The position numbers and the translations under genes are program-made. This document shows, in pieces, positions 1 through 13,700 of a stretch of 64,000 bases of DNA (its first letter is position 1; every line of letters begins with the position of its first letter). This DNA comes from Carcharhinus amblyrhynchos (taxonomy: Eukaryota): contig OZ336889.1 of assembly GCA_965287045.1 (NCBI GenBank), forward strand, positions 28,024,001 through 28,088,000. The letters run 5' to 3'. The notes under the pieces are model-generated. The model saw only the letters and a list, made by a program, of their open reading frames with translations, made no database searches and was not told the DNA's origin.

Positions 1-2519
1 ACCTCTACAGGGACTAAGAAGGCAGCACATCAACACCTTCTCTTGGGCAATTCAAGATGAGCAATAAATGCTAGCCTATCCATCGGTGCTCACCTGGTGT
101 AAATGAATAAAACAGATTTTGGGTATTGGGTGAAGAGCGGGTGAAAGGAGTGTGGCACTGGATAAATGTAGTGTGGATAATGAGTGAAGGGAATGCGTGT
201 GGAAGGATGTATAGGCGGCACTGGTTATGGGAATAAATAACCTTGCTAATAGCACAATGTAGGTGTTCAGTGTCAGTAGCACGGGCAGGCCCAGAGGAAG
301 GAATGGGTAACCACAGTGTAGGCAAAGAGAAATATGAAGAAAGATTTTGAGTAACACCAAGCGAGGGAAAGAAGAAGCAGGATTTACTCGTTAGCTGAGG
401 GAAGCGCAGGTGAGATACCGAAAGTGGCACTGCGACTGGGCCAAATAAGCGATAGATTTTTGAGGCATTCAGGATCACTCCGAGATTTGCGCAAAATGTT
501 CACCAAATCGGAACTTTTGAAACCTCGAGTTATAGTCGCTCTCTATAAATGCTTGACGAAATTGTTACTCTATTACTCATAATATATTTAATCATTAATA
601 GCTTTTCATTTGACTTTTTAAATTCAATGTCGATGAGCGGTGTAAAATCTCTTTAAAATTTTGTAACTCTTAAACTAAAAGGAAAATATTTTCACGGGAA
701 TGCAAAAATAACTCACATTCTCCCTGTCTTCCTCGTGTGAATGTAGCAAACTTCGCCGCTTTTCCAGATAGCAAATAGGACAGAAACTGAGATGTTCAGC
801 TTGTGTGTGGCCAGAGTGGGGAATCTGGAAAGACGGTGAACTGGGAAATCTGCCCATCCAAACGCTTATGAATCACATGATAGATAATCCTTTTTATTCT
901 TCCAGTTCGAGCGGAAGGCTGCAGCCAATATCTACAAATATGCCAAACTAACGAAATACATCATTTTGTACCTCTAAATCTCGTTTTCACCTATCATACA
1001 CATCTCAACATAAGTTTTTTTTTGGCGTTTGGAATGAAACAATATAACGAAAATGTACTGGGGGACAAACTTTAATGTGTAAAATCATTTACTAATATAG
1101 TTAGCCATATATAGTTAACTATATAGTTTTCTTACCACCCATTAAAGGAAAAATTTTAAAAACTATAGGCGAAGTCATAAATCATTTACACATTCACATC
1201 CCATTTGGCATTCAACCCTAATTTAGTTTGTTCACCAGATTCATTACAGAGTCAACATTATTAGTGATTTCAATGAATTATTGTAATCTCGATTTATCGT
1301 TGACGAAGGGTCATGTGGACTCGAAACATCAGCTCTTTTCTCTCCTTACACTTGCTGCCAGATCTGCTGAGGTTTTCCAGTGTTTTTTCTTTTGATTTCA
1401 GATTCTAGCATCCTCAGTAATTTGCTTTCATCTTAAAAGGAGACTCGTTCCCGTGGGGATTTAATATGATTTGAACATAGCCTTGAATTTCTTCTGCCTT
1501 TGTATATGGAACTACAGTGTATCTAAGTCTCCAGCATTGTTTTAATTCCGTGATCAGATCCTGTCTGAAAACACAAGACCAGCCGTTCCCTCAACTCTCA
1601 GATCGAGGGTCCACCCTGCACACTAGTTCAGAAACTTCCCACTGTCAGCAGGGATTCAAGCGCAGCAAAAAAATCTGGTGTTTAATTGCAATTTTTAGGG
1701 CTTTAAAAATGTGTACCCATTGCTCTGTATTTTTATTTTTCTTATTTTTATGGCATAACTATAAATCACAAAATTTAATTCCCGAAATGCGGAATTAAAA
1801 ACATTTTATGCCTGATGTGTGTGTGACGATCAGCTAAGTTGAAAACTAAATTATCATAATTAAAAAATAATCATATGGTGTGGTCCCGCTTATTTAAATT
1901 GATTTACATCCATTTTAAGTCTGGGTGCGACAATCCTCCTTTTTCAGATACCACGCCCCAAGAGGATATTGATGATCATTGACTTCCATAGGATTGGTCT
2001 GTGACTATACTTGGTAAAGTACTTCATTGGTTTGCCATTGGCTGACCAGAAAACTCTTGCTCTTAGCAATGTCATTGGGCACACGCATTGGATTTACAGC
2101 CTGATATTCAACCTGCATTGCTACGTTATGAATGTATCTTCCGTGGCTATCAAGAGCTTAAGTGGGTCTTGAACCCAGAGCTTCTACCCAAGAGGTTGGG
2201 ACACTACCACTGCACCAGTGTGTTTAGACATGAACTGACATTCGCAAACTAGGTGCAACATTTTGCACAATTGCAGGTCCATTTTCCAAACTGTGCCTAT
2301 GGTGAAAACTCTAGGTCATAAATTCATTGTTCACTACAGGCAGTTTAAAGTAGTTTGCACATTTGAGCATAATGTATTCTTCAGTATGTCTCAGGGTATA
2401 TTCGTTCATTAACAAAATGATTTCCCCCAAAATATATTTTATTCATAAAAGCCACACAATAGTTCATATTTAACATTTTTAAAAAGTACTTGGAGCACCC
2501 CTGTAGATTTAGCATAACA

Positions 2520-2732
2520 GAATGATCATGAAACCATTGTTGATTGGTGAAATATCCACCTGGTTCACTAATGTCCTTTAGGGAAAGAAATCGACAGTCC
2601 TTACCTGGTCTGGCTGGCATGTGACTCCAGAGCCACAGCAATGTGGTTGACTCTCAACTGCCCTCTGGCAACTAGGATTAGGCAATAAAAGCTGACTAGT
2701 CAGTGATGCCCATGTCCACAAATGAAAAAAAA
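2520..2732 (+). mobile_element. SacSINE-like SINE, 5'-truncated
   Basis: Same core (GGTTCACTAATGTCCTTTAGGGAA) and tail. Confidence 0.75.
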
Positions 2733-4064
2733 CAGGCTTTATGTACATTTACATTTCATGTCAAACATACAACCTGAGGTTTACCTGGTTCCCACCCCCC
2801 TTGGTATACTATGGAGTGAGAGCCTTATTCATGAGCTTTCCCCATTGAGTCTTTATAGTGTCTGCCCCCAGCTTTATCCATCCCTCAGCATAGTTCTACA
2901 CATTGGAATATTACAATCTGCAACACCTCTTTAACAACAGCTCTTTGCACAGGAAGATCAAATTTTGGGCAAACCAAGGAGCATCTTTCACTGAGTTAAT
3001 GGTTCTTGAGCAGCAATTGATTCCGATCTCAGTGTATCCCTAGGAACACCCATAGACCACTGAGTCTTGGGTAAAGAGTTGCTTAGACTGAACCTTGATA
3101 GAAAAACAGTACATTTCTTCCAGATCTGCTCTGCAAAATAAGTGACAATGTCTTCCCCACCACAGCTAGTTAAGGAAAGCATGCATTGACACTGAGATTA
3201 TGTGTACAGGAAGGATCTGACAAGGCTGGCCCTTCTCACCACCAGCCTAGCTACAAATTGACGGTTATTTAAGAGTTCTGCCAATGAGGCATGATGCCAG
3301 ATGGGCTTGACATTCAGCTCAGGGAATCATCTGATTAGATCCACCATTTCCTTTTCCTGCTGGACTATTGTCAAAGGTGTTTTTCTGGTATGGTGCAACT
3401 GAATGCAGCCTTCTGTGACGATATCACCAGACTCATCCTTTGTAACACCATGGATAAAACCTAGGTTCTATGCCCAGCTTGATGTTGCACACAAAGGTGG
3501 CCATCAGAATGAGGGTGGCATTTGGGCCTTTCTGTCCTCTATTTAGTGATTTGTACATTGCATCTCCATGGATATGATCCATTTTTGATCTTCAGATAGA
3601 GCAGAAGATGCTCAGATGACCACCACAGTGCAAGTGCAATTTCTGGATCAGACAGTATATAGACCAAAACTAAGAACATTTGACACCTGATAATAAAGTT
3701 CTTGCATTCTGAAGAATTGCTTCTGTACATTCAGATTTTGGCAACATGCTTGGTACATGCCTCACCCCACCCAAAACACATCCCCAACACCTTAGAGCAG
3801 TCTGACCTGACAATGAAGGGAATCTTAGTCACCCTGCTCTCAAAGAACGTGGCCTTGCTTATATACAGATCATATCCAAAAGAGCACAATGCTTTCAGGG
3901 ATCTTCCTGCTGGCTACAGTGCCAATCTAATCAGGATAGGTCACCAACTTCAGCACAGACTTTAGCTGATTGGCAAGGACCTTGAACAGAATTTTGCTCT
4001 ATAGAAATTGAAATGGACTGCCAATTTCTGATTTTCTCCCCCATGTGGATATAGATTTGATGAT

Positions 4065-4222
4065 GTGGAGATGCCAGTGTTGGACTGGGGTAAACACAGT
4101 AAGAAGTCTGACAATACCAGAAACCTTTCGTCACCTGACGAAGAGGGAAACCTTGAAAGCTTGTGAGTTTACTATCAAATAAATCAGTTGGACTTAAACC
4201 TGGTGTTATCGGACTTCTTACT
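4065..4222. mobile_element. Penelope-like 3'-end fragment, second family
   Basis: CACCTGACGAAG...GAAAGCTTGTG...AAATAAA...GTTGGACTT.AACCT shared with 39912-40050; partial inverted repeat. Confidence 0.6.
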
Positions 4223-6903
4223 ATAGTTTTGATGTCAGGTTATACACCAATCAGAAGCATATACTCAGCATGAAACCAAACCTAGATGTAGAAGCAATGC
4301 TCTCTCTCTCGTGTAGGAACCTAGTTATCAAGTGTAAAATGTTCTGCGTTTTGCTCTACATGCTGAATACTGGCCCAAATGAAGGGCCTTTTATCATGAA
4401 TTCCATAAGATTCAATTTAAACAAGATCATATCGGATCTTAGTTGTTATTCTATGCACCAAAAAGTACCCTGTTGCATTAGTTACAAACACTTTCACTGA
4501 AAAATATAATTTGCAGTGTCGTGGACCTGTGTTTTCTGGGCTGAAATGAGACCTGATAAAACTAGTCGCTGAAAATTCTTGCATTAACAACTGTTTTTAA
4601 TCATTTGTGACTTTGTATCAGTGTTGCATTCATGTTGCATCTTCTAAACTACTGTGAATTTTTTGTCATCTACTGTGAAAGATAAAAATACACTGGATTG
4701 AAATTAAAGGCAACGCAACTCAACTCAATTACAAGAACAATTTCATAAAATCCCTACAGTGCAGGGGGTGGCGATTTGGCCGATTGAGTGTACACAGACT
4801 CTCTGACAGAGCTTCATAACCATATTTATCTCTCTAATACCCCTACCTACACACCTTGGGCCACTAAGGGCCAACTTAGCATAGCCAATTCACCTAACCT
4901 GCACATCTTTGACTTTCTATCTTTAAGACAGCGACAGGCTGTCACTTCAGAACTTCTGGTGTAATTAAATATTTGGTTATACTTGACCTTTATAAGCAGT
5001 GTCAGCAAAAGGTTTAACAGAGTATGTGTAATTCAATAAAGGGTGCCCTCAAATAAAGTTATTCTTTGTGGTAAAGTAGACATGCTTTCAGACTGCAAAC
5101 TTTTAAATTACTCTTTGTATATCAAACGATCAAAGACTGCTTATACCATTCCCACTTCCAAAACTGCTTGCCTCCAGCCAAAATATTTACATATTAAAAA
5201 TGGTAGGTGGATCATAACATTCCACTTCTGAGTATTACAAACACCTGCCAAACTTTAAACAGATCCTGTAAAAAATCCCATGATACAAGTTGAGCTTTAT
5301 AGTTTTTACTCAGGATGTTAGGGTTGCTTGCAAAACTGGTATTTGTTTATCCCTATTTGTCCTTAACTGAAGGTGGTTTGCTAGGTTACGCGAGAAGGCA
5401 CTGTTGTTGGTGTAGGACTGAAGAAATTAGTTCCCTGAAGAGAATTAATGATGATTCTATTATGTTTCTGCAGTGACATCAACTTTTTACTTCCAGATTT
5501 GTTTGAAACAGAACTCAAATTCTCAAACCACCATAGTGGGATGTGCACTCTCAGGTTCTCTTGATTGCAAGTCCAATGCTCTCAATTAGCAGTAATATAA
5601 CCACTATGTTGACAAATATTAAAGTAAAAAAAATTCTTCAACAACTCAAAGGCATTGAATGAATCTGGGTACGGTTCTGCACTACCAGCAGCCTCTTAAA
5701 ACCGCACTGGTAACTGTTGATTAGCGACTTTCCTCATACCCAACTGAAGCAGGATTTCAGGATTGTGAAATGTTGCAACTTAGCCCCATCTATTTCACAC
5801 CCAACATTAATATATTGAAATGATGTAGAATATACAACAGAAAAATGTTGCCTTAGCTGGGTATTTCCACTAACAGTGGAAAGAGAAAAACTGAGTTAAC
5901 ATTTCAGGTCTGAGACCTTTCACCAGCTGATAGCATTGCTTGGCTGATAAGTATTTCCAGCATTTTTGGTTTTTATTTCAGACTTCTTGCATGAAGCAGT
6001 ATTTTGTTTTTCTGCATAGTTTGACACTTCAGTAGCACTATATTGAACTCTGCCCGAAGTCGTGAACCGAACAGCTAAAACAATGGTATGAGAAAACGAT
6101 TCAGTGCACAGGTGAGAATGATGTCACTTGACTTTTAAGACACCCAATGATTGTATCCAGTAGACATTGTACTTTCCAACTCAGTTGCTTAGCAGCGAGA
6201 CGTACAGAAGCCAACCCTTTGCCAGTGATAAATAAAACCAACCCAAGATCACAAAGGTATTGGCTGCAAATTTCAATACCATTTAATGCAGTCACAAAAT
6301 ACTAAAACAGGTCTTAGAAGAATTGTCATCATATTCCCATAATCCAAGGCTGTATACTTCTTGCAAAGAATGGCATTACAAAGGTAGAAGCAGCTTTAAA
6401 AAACTAAAGCATATGTGGATATTCATAAAATACCTGAAAACAGCCCTGGTAATCCCTGACATTTTCAAATGATCCATCATTAGAATTTAAAATACTGTAC
6501 ATTAAAATCCCTGGCAGTATATTATATAAAATTACATTGGTAATATCAAAAACAAACATGTATTCAGTTATATAAACAAAAGATTTGATGTACAAGAATG
6601 ACTAAAAACCCACTGTACACATTAATCCACATCAGAAAAATTGAGACTTCAGATTTCAACAGTGCCTCTTTGAAAATGAATATTAAACAAGAAAAGCTTT
6701 CTGTAACACGTTTTCACTCATTACCAACCCTACATATTAAAATAGCACTGACATCCACATTTTTTGATCTGTTTACTAAAATACCAGCTCTGCCACAAAC
6801 TGTTGAAACGAGGTCTTAATGAAAGTCTCCAATATAGTATATGGTCATATCATGACTTGGAAGCCTTGGATCTGAAAGTTTCAGTTCTGTGTTGATAATT
6901 ATA

Positions 6904-7772
6904 TTATTTATTTTTCATTCTGTTTCTTGGAGAATTCTTCAATAAGCTCCTGAGTTTAAGGTAAGTTCCAGTTGCCTCGGAAAGATTGTCATATTCAAAT
7001 GGTGTAATACCAGTAGCAAATTTACTCATATCAGGCACAGAACAGATCCTGTTCTCCTGATTTGCTTCTGAAACAGCACCACTAGAAGCTTCTGTTTCCT
7101 CTAAACATACTTGATTTCCTCCAACAGGTGGTTCCAGTGTGGGGATAGAATCTTGAGTGATTTTGCTGCCCTCTATTTCCATTTTGGAATTTTCAGGTGG
7201 AGAACTTTCTTCCCTATATGAAGCATGTCCCACCAAATTGATTGGTTCATCTCTGGAATCAACCGACGATGGTTCAGCACTTGGACTCCTCATGTTATTG
7301 TCAACTGTTCCCATTTTGTCATTGGATTCAATTTCCATGTAGTTGTTGGGTGTATTTATTGCTGGTGAGGAATTTGAAGAATTCTTGGTTAAAGGAGAAT
7401 CACAAGGACCTTCTGTTTCACTATTAGTGCTTTCAGTCCGTTCCAATTCAGCCCATATTAACCGCTGTTGTTCTTCCAGTTCTTCTAGCGACAAGACATC
7501 TGCATCTAAAGTTTTATCTGCATTCCCAGCAGTTGCAGCTTGGGCACTTCCTTCCTGCATTGAATGTCCTGCTGGAGAGCAATTTGAAGGAGTAGAGGGA
7601 GGCGTATCTTTTGGAAGTGGAGGTGGAGTTGGAGTAGGTGGTGCAGGTGGGACAAATGTAGGTGGAGTAGAAGGTGGTGTTCCTTTGGGTAGAGGAGGTG
7701 GCGATGAAGTTAATGGGCAACCAGATGGTAAGGGTGGCAAAGATTGAAATAGCCTTGGTGGGGTCTCTGAAC
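6904..7772 (-). CDS. ZCCHC8: ZCCHC8 exon 14 (terminal; proline-rich, LEELEEQQR helix, C-terminal MTR4-interacting region)
   Basis: ORF 6904..7740 extended to the CCTGTAG acceptor; PPLPKGTPP, LEELEEQQRLIWA and PDMSKFATGITPF motifs. Confidence 0.96.
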
Positions 7773-10700
7773 CTACAGGATAAATAAAGGGGTAAAATAC
7801 AACAGTAAAACTGAGCCCTCAGAAGTAATTTTTTTCAAGGAAGCCTTGCTTCACAAGTAAAATTTGGTTTATTCAGGAATCTTGCCATTATCAATGATAT
7901 TTGTCACTGATACTGTGATACATAAAGGCTAGGTAAGTTACCTTGGTGCCTTAGACCAGTATATTTACAACAACATATTCTTAAATGTGCTGGGATGCCT
8001 GTAGGGAGAGACTAAATCATAAAAGAGTAGATGATACAAGGCAAAAGGAGATGTACAATGAGACAAGTGAAAAAATGGCTCCTGATATGCAAAAAAAAAG
8101 GATCCTGTGCAAAAAAAAGGGGCAGATTATGATCTGATGTGGGATGCTGTCAAGTGCTGAATTGAAAGAAAATGTGCAGTCTCAAGCTTATATCAGACTT
8201 CATTTGAAGAGTGTAGCTGGCCAAGGTCACAGTAGTTGGAAATTTAAAACGAGAAGTGAAAGGAAGGTTAGAGTCATGCTTGCAGACTGAGCAAAGATGT
8301 TCCACAAAGCACTACGTTCCCTCAGTGTTGAAGAAACTGCATTGTGAGCAATGAATGCAGTATGTGGGTGATTGAAAGTGGGCCTGGATGCCAAAAGGAC
8401 ATTCCCTTCAGAATACTGTAAAAAGAATGTCTTTGGTAGTAACATGCTGGAGGTGGCAAAAATGATTTGGGACCTTGGGACTGTGGGAAGTGAAAAGCTA
8501 AAAAGAGAGGTGTTGCATCTACTGGTTTTGTTGGAAAGTTCAGCAGGAAGAGAAGGGAGTGTTAAGCGATGATTGAGAAATGAACCAGCATGTTGCGGGG
8601 GTACTTAACATATAATTCTTACTATAAATCAATAACATATTTAACATGAAACAGGCAAACAAATAGCATTAGTTACAAAAAAGGTTTTATGGCTCAGATA
8701 TCATCTTTGATATATTTCAACAAGGAAATATTTCTTGGCATATGTTGAACATTAAAAACACTTATTCCCTTTTTTACTCAGTCAAATTGATTAGCAGGGT
8801 TTAGCAACTACAGATAAAACCCAGTTGGAAGCTCTGGCTATAAAGCTGTGAATCAAAATTAACCCCACAGAGATTTGGTTCTTCAATTGTGCCATATATT
8901 TTCACTAACTAGTTAATGTAGCATAACGTTCTAAAGGGCCTAACAAGAAAGTTATCAATAAAATCTTAACACCAAGCCATCGGACGAGATATCAGAACAG
9001 ATGTTCAAAAGCTTAGTCAAAGGATAAGTTTTAGTCAGTGTCTTTAAGGAGGAGAAACAGAAGTTGAGGGAAGAATTTTCAGATCTTGGGGTCAATGCAG
9101 CTGAAAGTGGTGGAGTGATTAAAATCAGGGATGCAGAAGCTCAGAATTGAAGGAGCACGAAGATCATAAGAGGAGAAAGTTAGGGATAGAAAGGGGAATG
9201 GTCATAAAAGGTTCTGAAAACTTTAAAATCAAAGCATTACTGGACCAAGAGCAAATATAAATCAGCATGTGTGGAGTGATGGGTGAACTGGACTTGGTTT
9301 AGTCAACTATGCTATAGGCAAAAACAGAATACCAACTAGGAGAGCATTAAAACAATCAAGTCCAGAGGATATAAGGACATGGATGAGTGATTTGGCAGCT
9401 GGTGAGTAGAGGCAGCAGTGGAGTTAAGTGAGGTTTCACAGGTGAAAGTAGGTAGGCTTGGTGATGGAACAGTTGTGTTTGAAAGCTCATCTTGGGATCA
9501 AATACTTCAGTAAGAAACAGGAAATAACAAAAATAACCATATTTAAGTGTTGTACCTGAATCTATGTCCATGTCAAAAGAATTCATATTCATATCTATTT
9601 CTTCAGACTTGAGCTTCTTTACACTGCGTAGGCTTGAGTCAGCATCTGAACTTCTTTTGTTTGTATTGTATTTAGGCTACGTAGAAAAAGTTTTAAAAAA
9701 AGCAGTTTATACATTAAAATTAATGCCTAAGAAGCTGCATTGGTCTCCTCATTCACAACGTGTCACTGAAGCATGGTTTCACACGCTCAAGTGCTTCAGT
9801 ATCTCACCCAAAATAGCCATTTCCAATGTAAGAACTTAGTTAAGGAATATTGGGGCATTATTTGATATGGGGCACTCTCAGTCCCAGGTATCATGTATGA
9901 CATGAATACAATGTCCTCAAACAATTGCGAAAACAGACCTCAACTTTAAAAAACAGATAAACTTTAAAAGGATATGTTGACAGATCAAGAAAATGGGATT
10001 GAGCAAGTCCTGGCTCCCAAAGATGGCTGGCACAACAGACGTGATGGACTGAACAATCTCCTTCTGTATATCTGTATCATCTAGAAGTCCTCTGGTTTAT
10101 TCACTAGTTATCAGAATAATTGCTGAATCAGAAAATGTATCTGATGGAATTTTTTTGTGTATTCTTTCACAGGATGTGATCATCATCACCAGCTATACCA
10201 ATTGCCTTGAGGTGGTGGTGAGCTACCTTCTTTTACTGCTGCAGTCCATGTTGGGTACGTACACCCACACAGTGCAGTGAAGAACACTGTGCCCTCTGTC
10301 ACCCTGTAAGCTCAAGAATGTCTGTGAACACAGTTTAAATACATATTGGTCAGGATTCTCTTGCAGAAGTAGTGACTTGCCATTGACCACCAACAGAACT
10401 TTCCAGTTCTAACAAGGTCTATTGCGTTTTGTCTGGTTTGCCCATTCAGCTGGAGAGCTCCACCCATTGTAAGGTTTCAAGCTCATAACAAGATAACCCT
10501 AGCATAAAATGTCCCCAACGCAAGGTGAAACAGACTGCTCTAAAAAGGGGGATGGTGAAGTCACAACAAAACTCAGCTCAGAGACTCTCTGCAGCAAATA
10601 GTGAAAGGCTTTTGTAAGGTCTATTTTGGTTACGTTGTAATGCAAAACTTAAACATGTTAATTTGATGTATTAGCTACTATTAAGTATTGCTTAACTAAT

Positions 10701-13700
10701 GTTGATTTTAGCTTGTTTGTTACATGAAGTCTCCGAAATGGGAAAGCTTGCTCCTTGTTTTTTTTCCATCAGTCACTGGGAAATTCATCCCTTTTTAAAA
10801 AATAAAAAGATTTGTATTGACATATGTTTCGTTACACTTTTGAATTAACCAGAAAAAAATTATACCTTTCAGATGTAAGTAGTTAGTTGTAGGACAGCTG
10901 GATTAGTAGGAGAACCAGGGTAATTAAAAAAGGGAAGCAACAGGTAACATGATTTAAATTCAAAGAACAGAGATGAGAACAAAACATTGAGCACAGACAG
11001 CTACATTACCACAAATACCTCAAATTGAAGTGTGATAAAAAATAATGGGACAAATATAAATGGAATCATTAGGGAAGCATGGACACCACATATCTACAAT
11101 ATTAAAGCAGCCAACCTCTTTTACAAAGGGTAAGGAATTACTACAAGGTCAATAATTTAAGAAAGAAGATGAATTTCCCAGTGACAGATGGAAAGAATCA
11201 CAATATTCCACATTTCCAGACTTCTACTGTAACTATAAATCAACATACAATAAACATTACTTAATAGACAATGAATACAACTAAATTATACAAAAAGATA
11301 CTTCCCCATTAACCAATTCTGTGACCCATTTATACGTATTGCCATACTCTCAACAGATACACAGCTTTGAAGTTAAATTGCAAGCCACTACCAGCTTTTC
11401 AACAGGACCCTTCTTTCTGGCATTACAGAGTGAGTTTCCAGTATCTTGTTAAGTCCTTTCATACAATCGTCTGCATAGCTTTGAATCAAGTTGCCTTGCT
11501 GAAAGTTGTCTACAAGTTCTGTTTCTTCACAGAATCTGTTCTCACCAGCAGTTCACGTGGTGACCAACACAAACAGTCTTTTCCTCTGCTTGGCATTTAG
11601 CTGCTCTTTTTCAGTTGTCCTCTCTGGGTCCCCCTCGGTCAAGAGTGTGGCCAAGCACAAAAGATAAAATCTGATTTTTTATGATTTCAGGTTGGGCTTT
11701 TCCCCTTGTGACAGCAAGATCACATGGGTCTCTGGAAAGAGTTTACTATTGTCAAGCAGCACATGCAATTATAATTGTTGTGATATGCCTTTGAGGAATA
11801 TCAGCATGACATCACTAGAAGGAAATGGGTTATGTGATCCAGTCTGGGTTTTATTTTTGCTTTGAGCACAGTACACTGCTCTGATAAAGGTTTATATCTA
11901 TATACGATGTTCTCACATGCCTATCTTAATAATGAGCCCACACGTTACCCAATCCCTCAAACGATTGGTTCCTTGTATTTTGTACAGTAAGCCCAAGGTA
12001 TTATATTAAAAGCTACAATATTACTGTTGTTAAGGACAACTGTTTGAAAGGTGCATTTGAACCTTTGAGTTTAAAAGCCCCTTTCAAAATGGAGGTATGG
12101 ACAGACACCCTGGCACTTTTGTATTTCTTCAGACCTCATGAGACTCCAGATGAAACATAAAATGCAAGACTCCAAGACTGTTCACTGAATCAAGTTGTGA
12201 AGATGCCTCAGCTTCTGAGGGACAAGACTGTAAAGGACCTCAACATAATTAACTTCTTTGCCTGGCTGAACAATGGCACATCTGAAATTTTGCTTTGGTT
12301 TTGATAAAGACAGGCTGTGTAAGCCATGTACGCAAAACCCTCAAGAAGCACTCTGACATCCTCAGAGAAGGCTCTTAGCCAATGGAGAACAAAGAGGAAG
12401 GCATCTAGAAAATGAACTATTCTGCTGAAAAATATTCAGACAATCTTCAAGTGTTGTAACTACAGAACCAGTGAAGAACAAACCTCCTCTCCCTCCCAAA
12501 AGCTGACTGACCTGCTAAGCCCACATGAAAAGTCAAACACTAACCAGCTGACTACAAAAGCCATTGCCAATGCTGAACACAAAACTTTTCATTCCATGCA
12601 ACAGGCCTGCAATGGAATCTTCAAGGACTGAACTGAATATGCATTGTTAGCAACTTGATTACTTTTACTTAAGTATTTACAGAGGTCGTTTTGTAAGGAA
12701 CAAACCTGTATGTAACGACTAAAGCTTTGCTGCTGGTTACTGTTAAATTGAATCACTTACAAATTTAACAGGGGGCTACATACATGCACAAATTCTCAGC
12801 TCATGGACCACTTTGAAGAAATGCCTTTTAAGTGGTTGTGACAATTTGACAACTCCCTTTTCAAGTCATTGTGTCTACCTTGGACAGTTTAAAATGTAAC
12901 CACTTTATAAAGTCTTGCATTTGTAACATCGCCCCCTAAAAATATTACTGCAGTAATCATTTTTTTCAACATCACTGTCAAAATATAACACTGGAAATTT
13001 GTAGCAGATGTTAGGGATGCAGGCTAATAATTGATTTTAGCTAGGAATGTAATATTTCATAGAGTAAACAGACCTTTTGTTTATTTAGGTTCCTCCTGAG
13101 ATTTCAAAGTAAAGTTTTGATTATGTTGATTTGCAGGGGCAGAGTCATGTGCTTAATGGGAGGGACCAATTCTTGTAGGAAAGAAATGCTATTTTCAGTT
13201 TCATTTTAAAATACAAACGGTTGTTGACTGGGCTGCTTGAAGTAAACCATGTCTCTCTCTCTCACCAAACCCCAGTAACCTAAGTCCAGCAAGTATGTCT
13301 GCGTTTTGCTAACTAATTTTAAAGAGGGAGCTTAAGTCCATAAGAGGAATATTGTTTGAACTGCAACTCAATTAAGACATGTATCTTGTCATGTTTAAGT
13401 ATTGTTCAATTGTTAAAGGTTACGCTAATTCATTTGTTTATAGTTAAACTGTGTTGTTAAATAAGTAGTGTGTTCTGATAAAAGCTTCCTAGTTTGTCAA
13501 TAGGAAACATCACATCCTTACACTAATGTCAAAGCAGAAAATTGTTGGGGTCAATTATCTGGCTTCATAACATTCCTTGGGGTTTCTGATCTGGTACCCT
13601 AACAAACTCCAGATTGCGTAAGCTTTTAAAGATTTTCAACTCTTGCAAATAAAAGTTTAATTCTCTTTCTTCCAAAATGCACTAAAGATTTTTTAATTTT

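Noticed and set aside
2950-3960. Cluster of short ORFs in intergenic DNA
   Set aside because: No splice-consistent structure or recognisable motifs; probably an old decayed retroelement that I could not classify.
7343-7747. 134-aa Gly-rich plus-strand ORF
   Set aside because: Antisense shadow of the proline-rich ZCCHC8 terminal exon.
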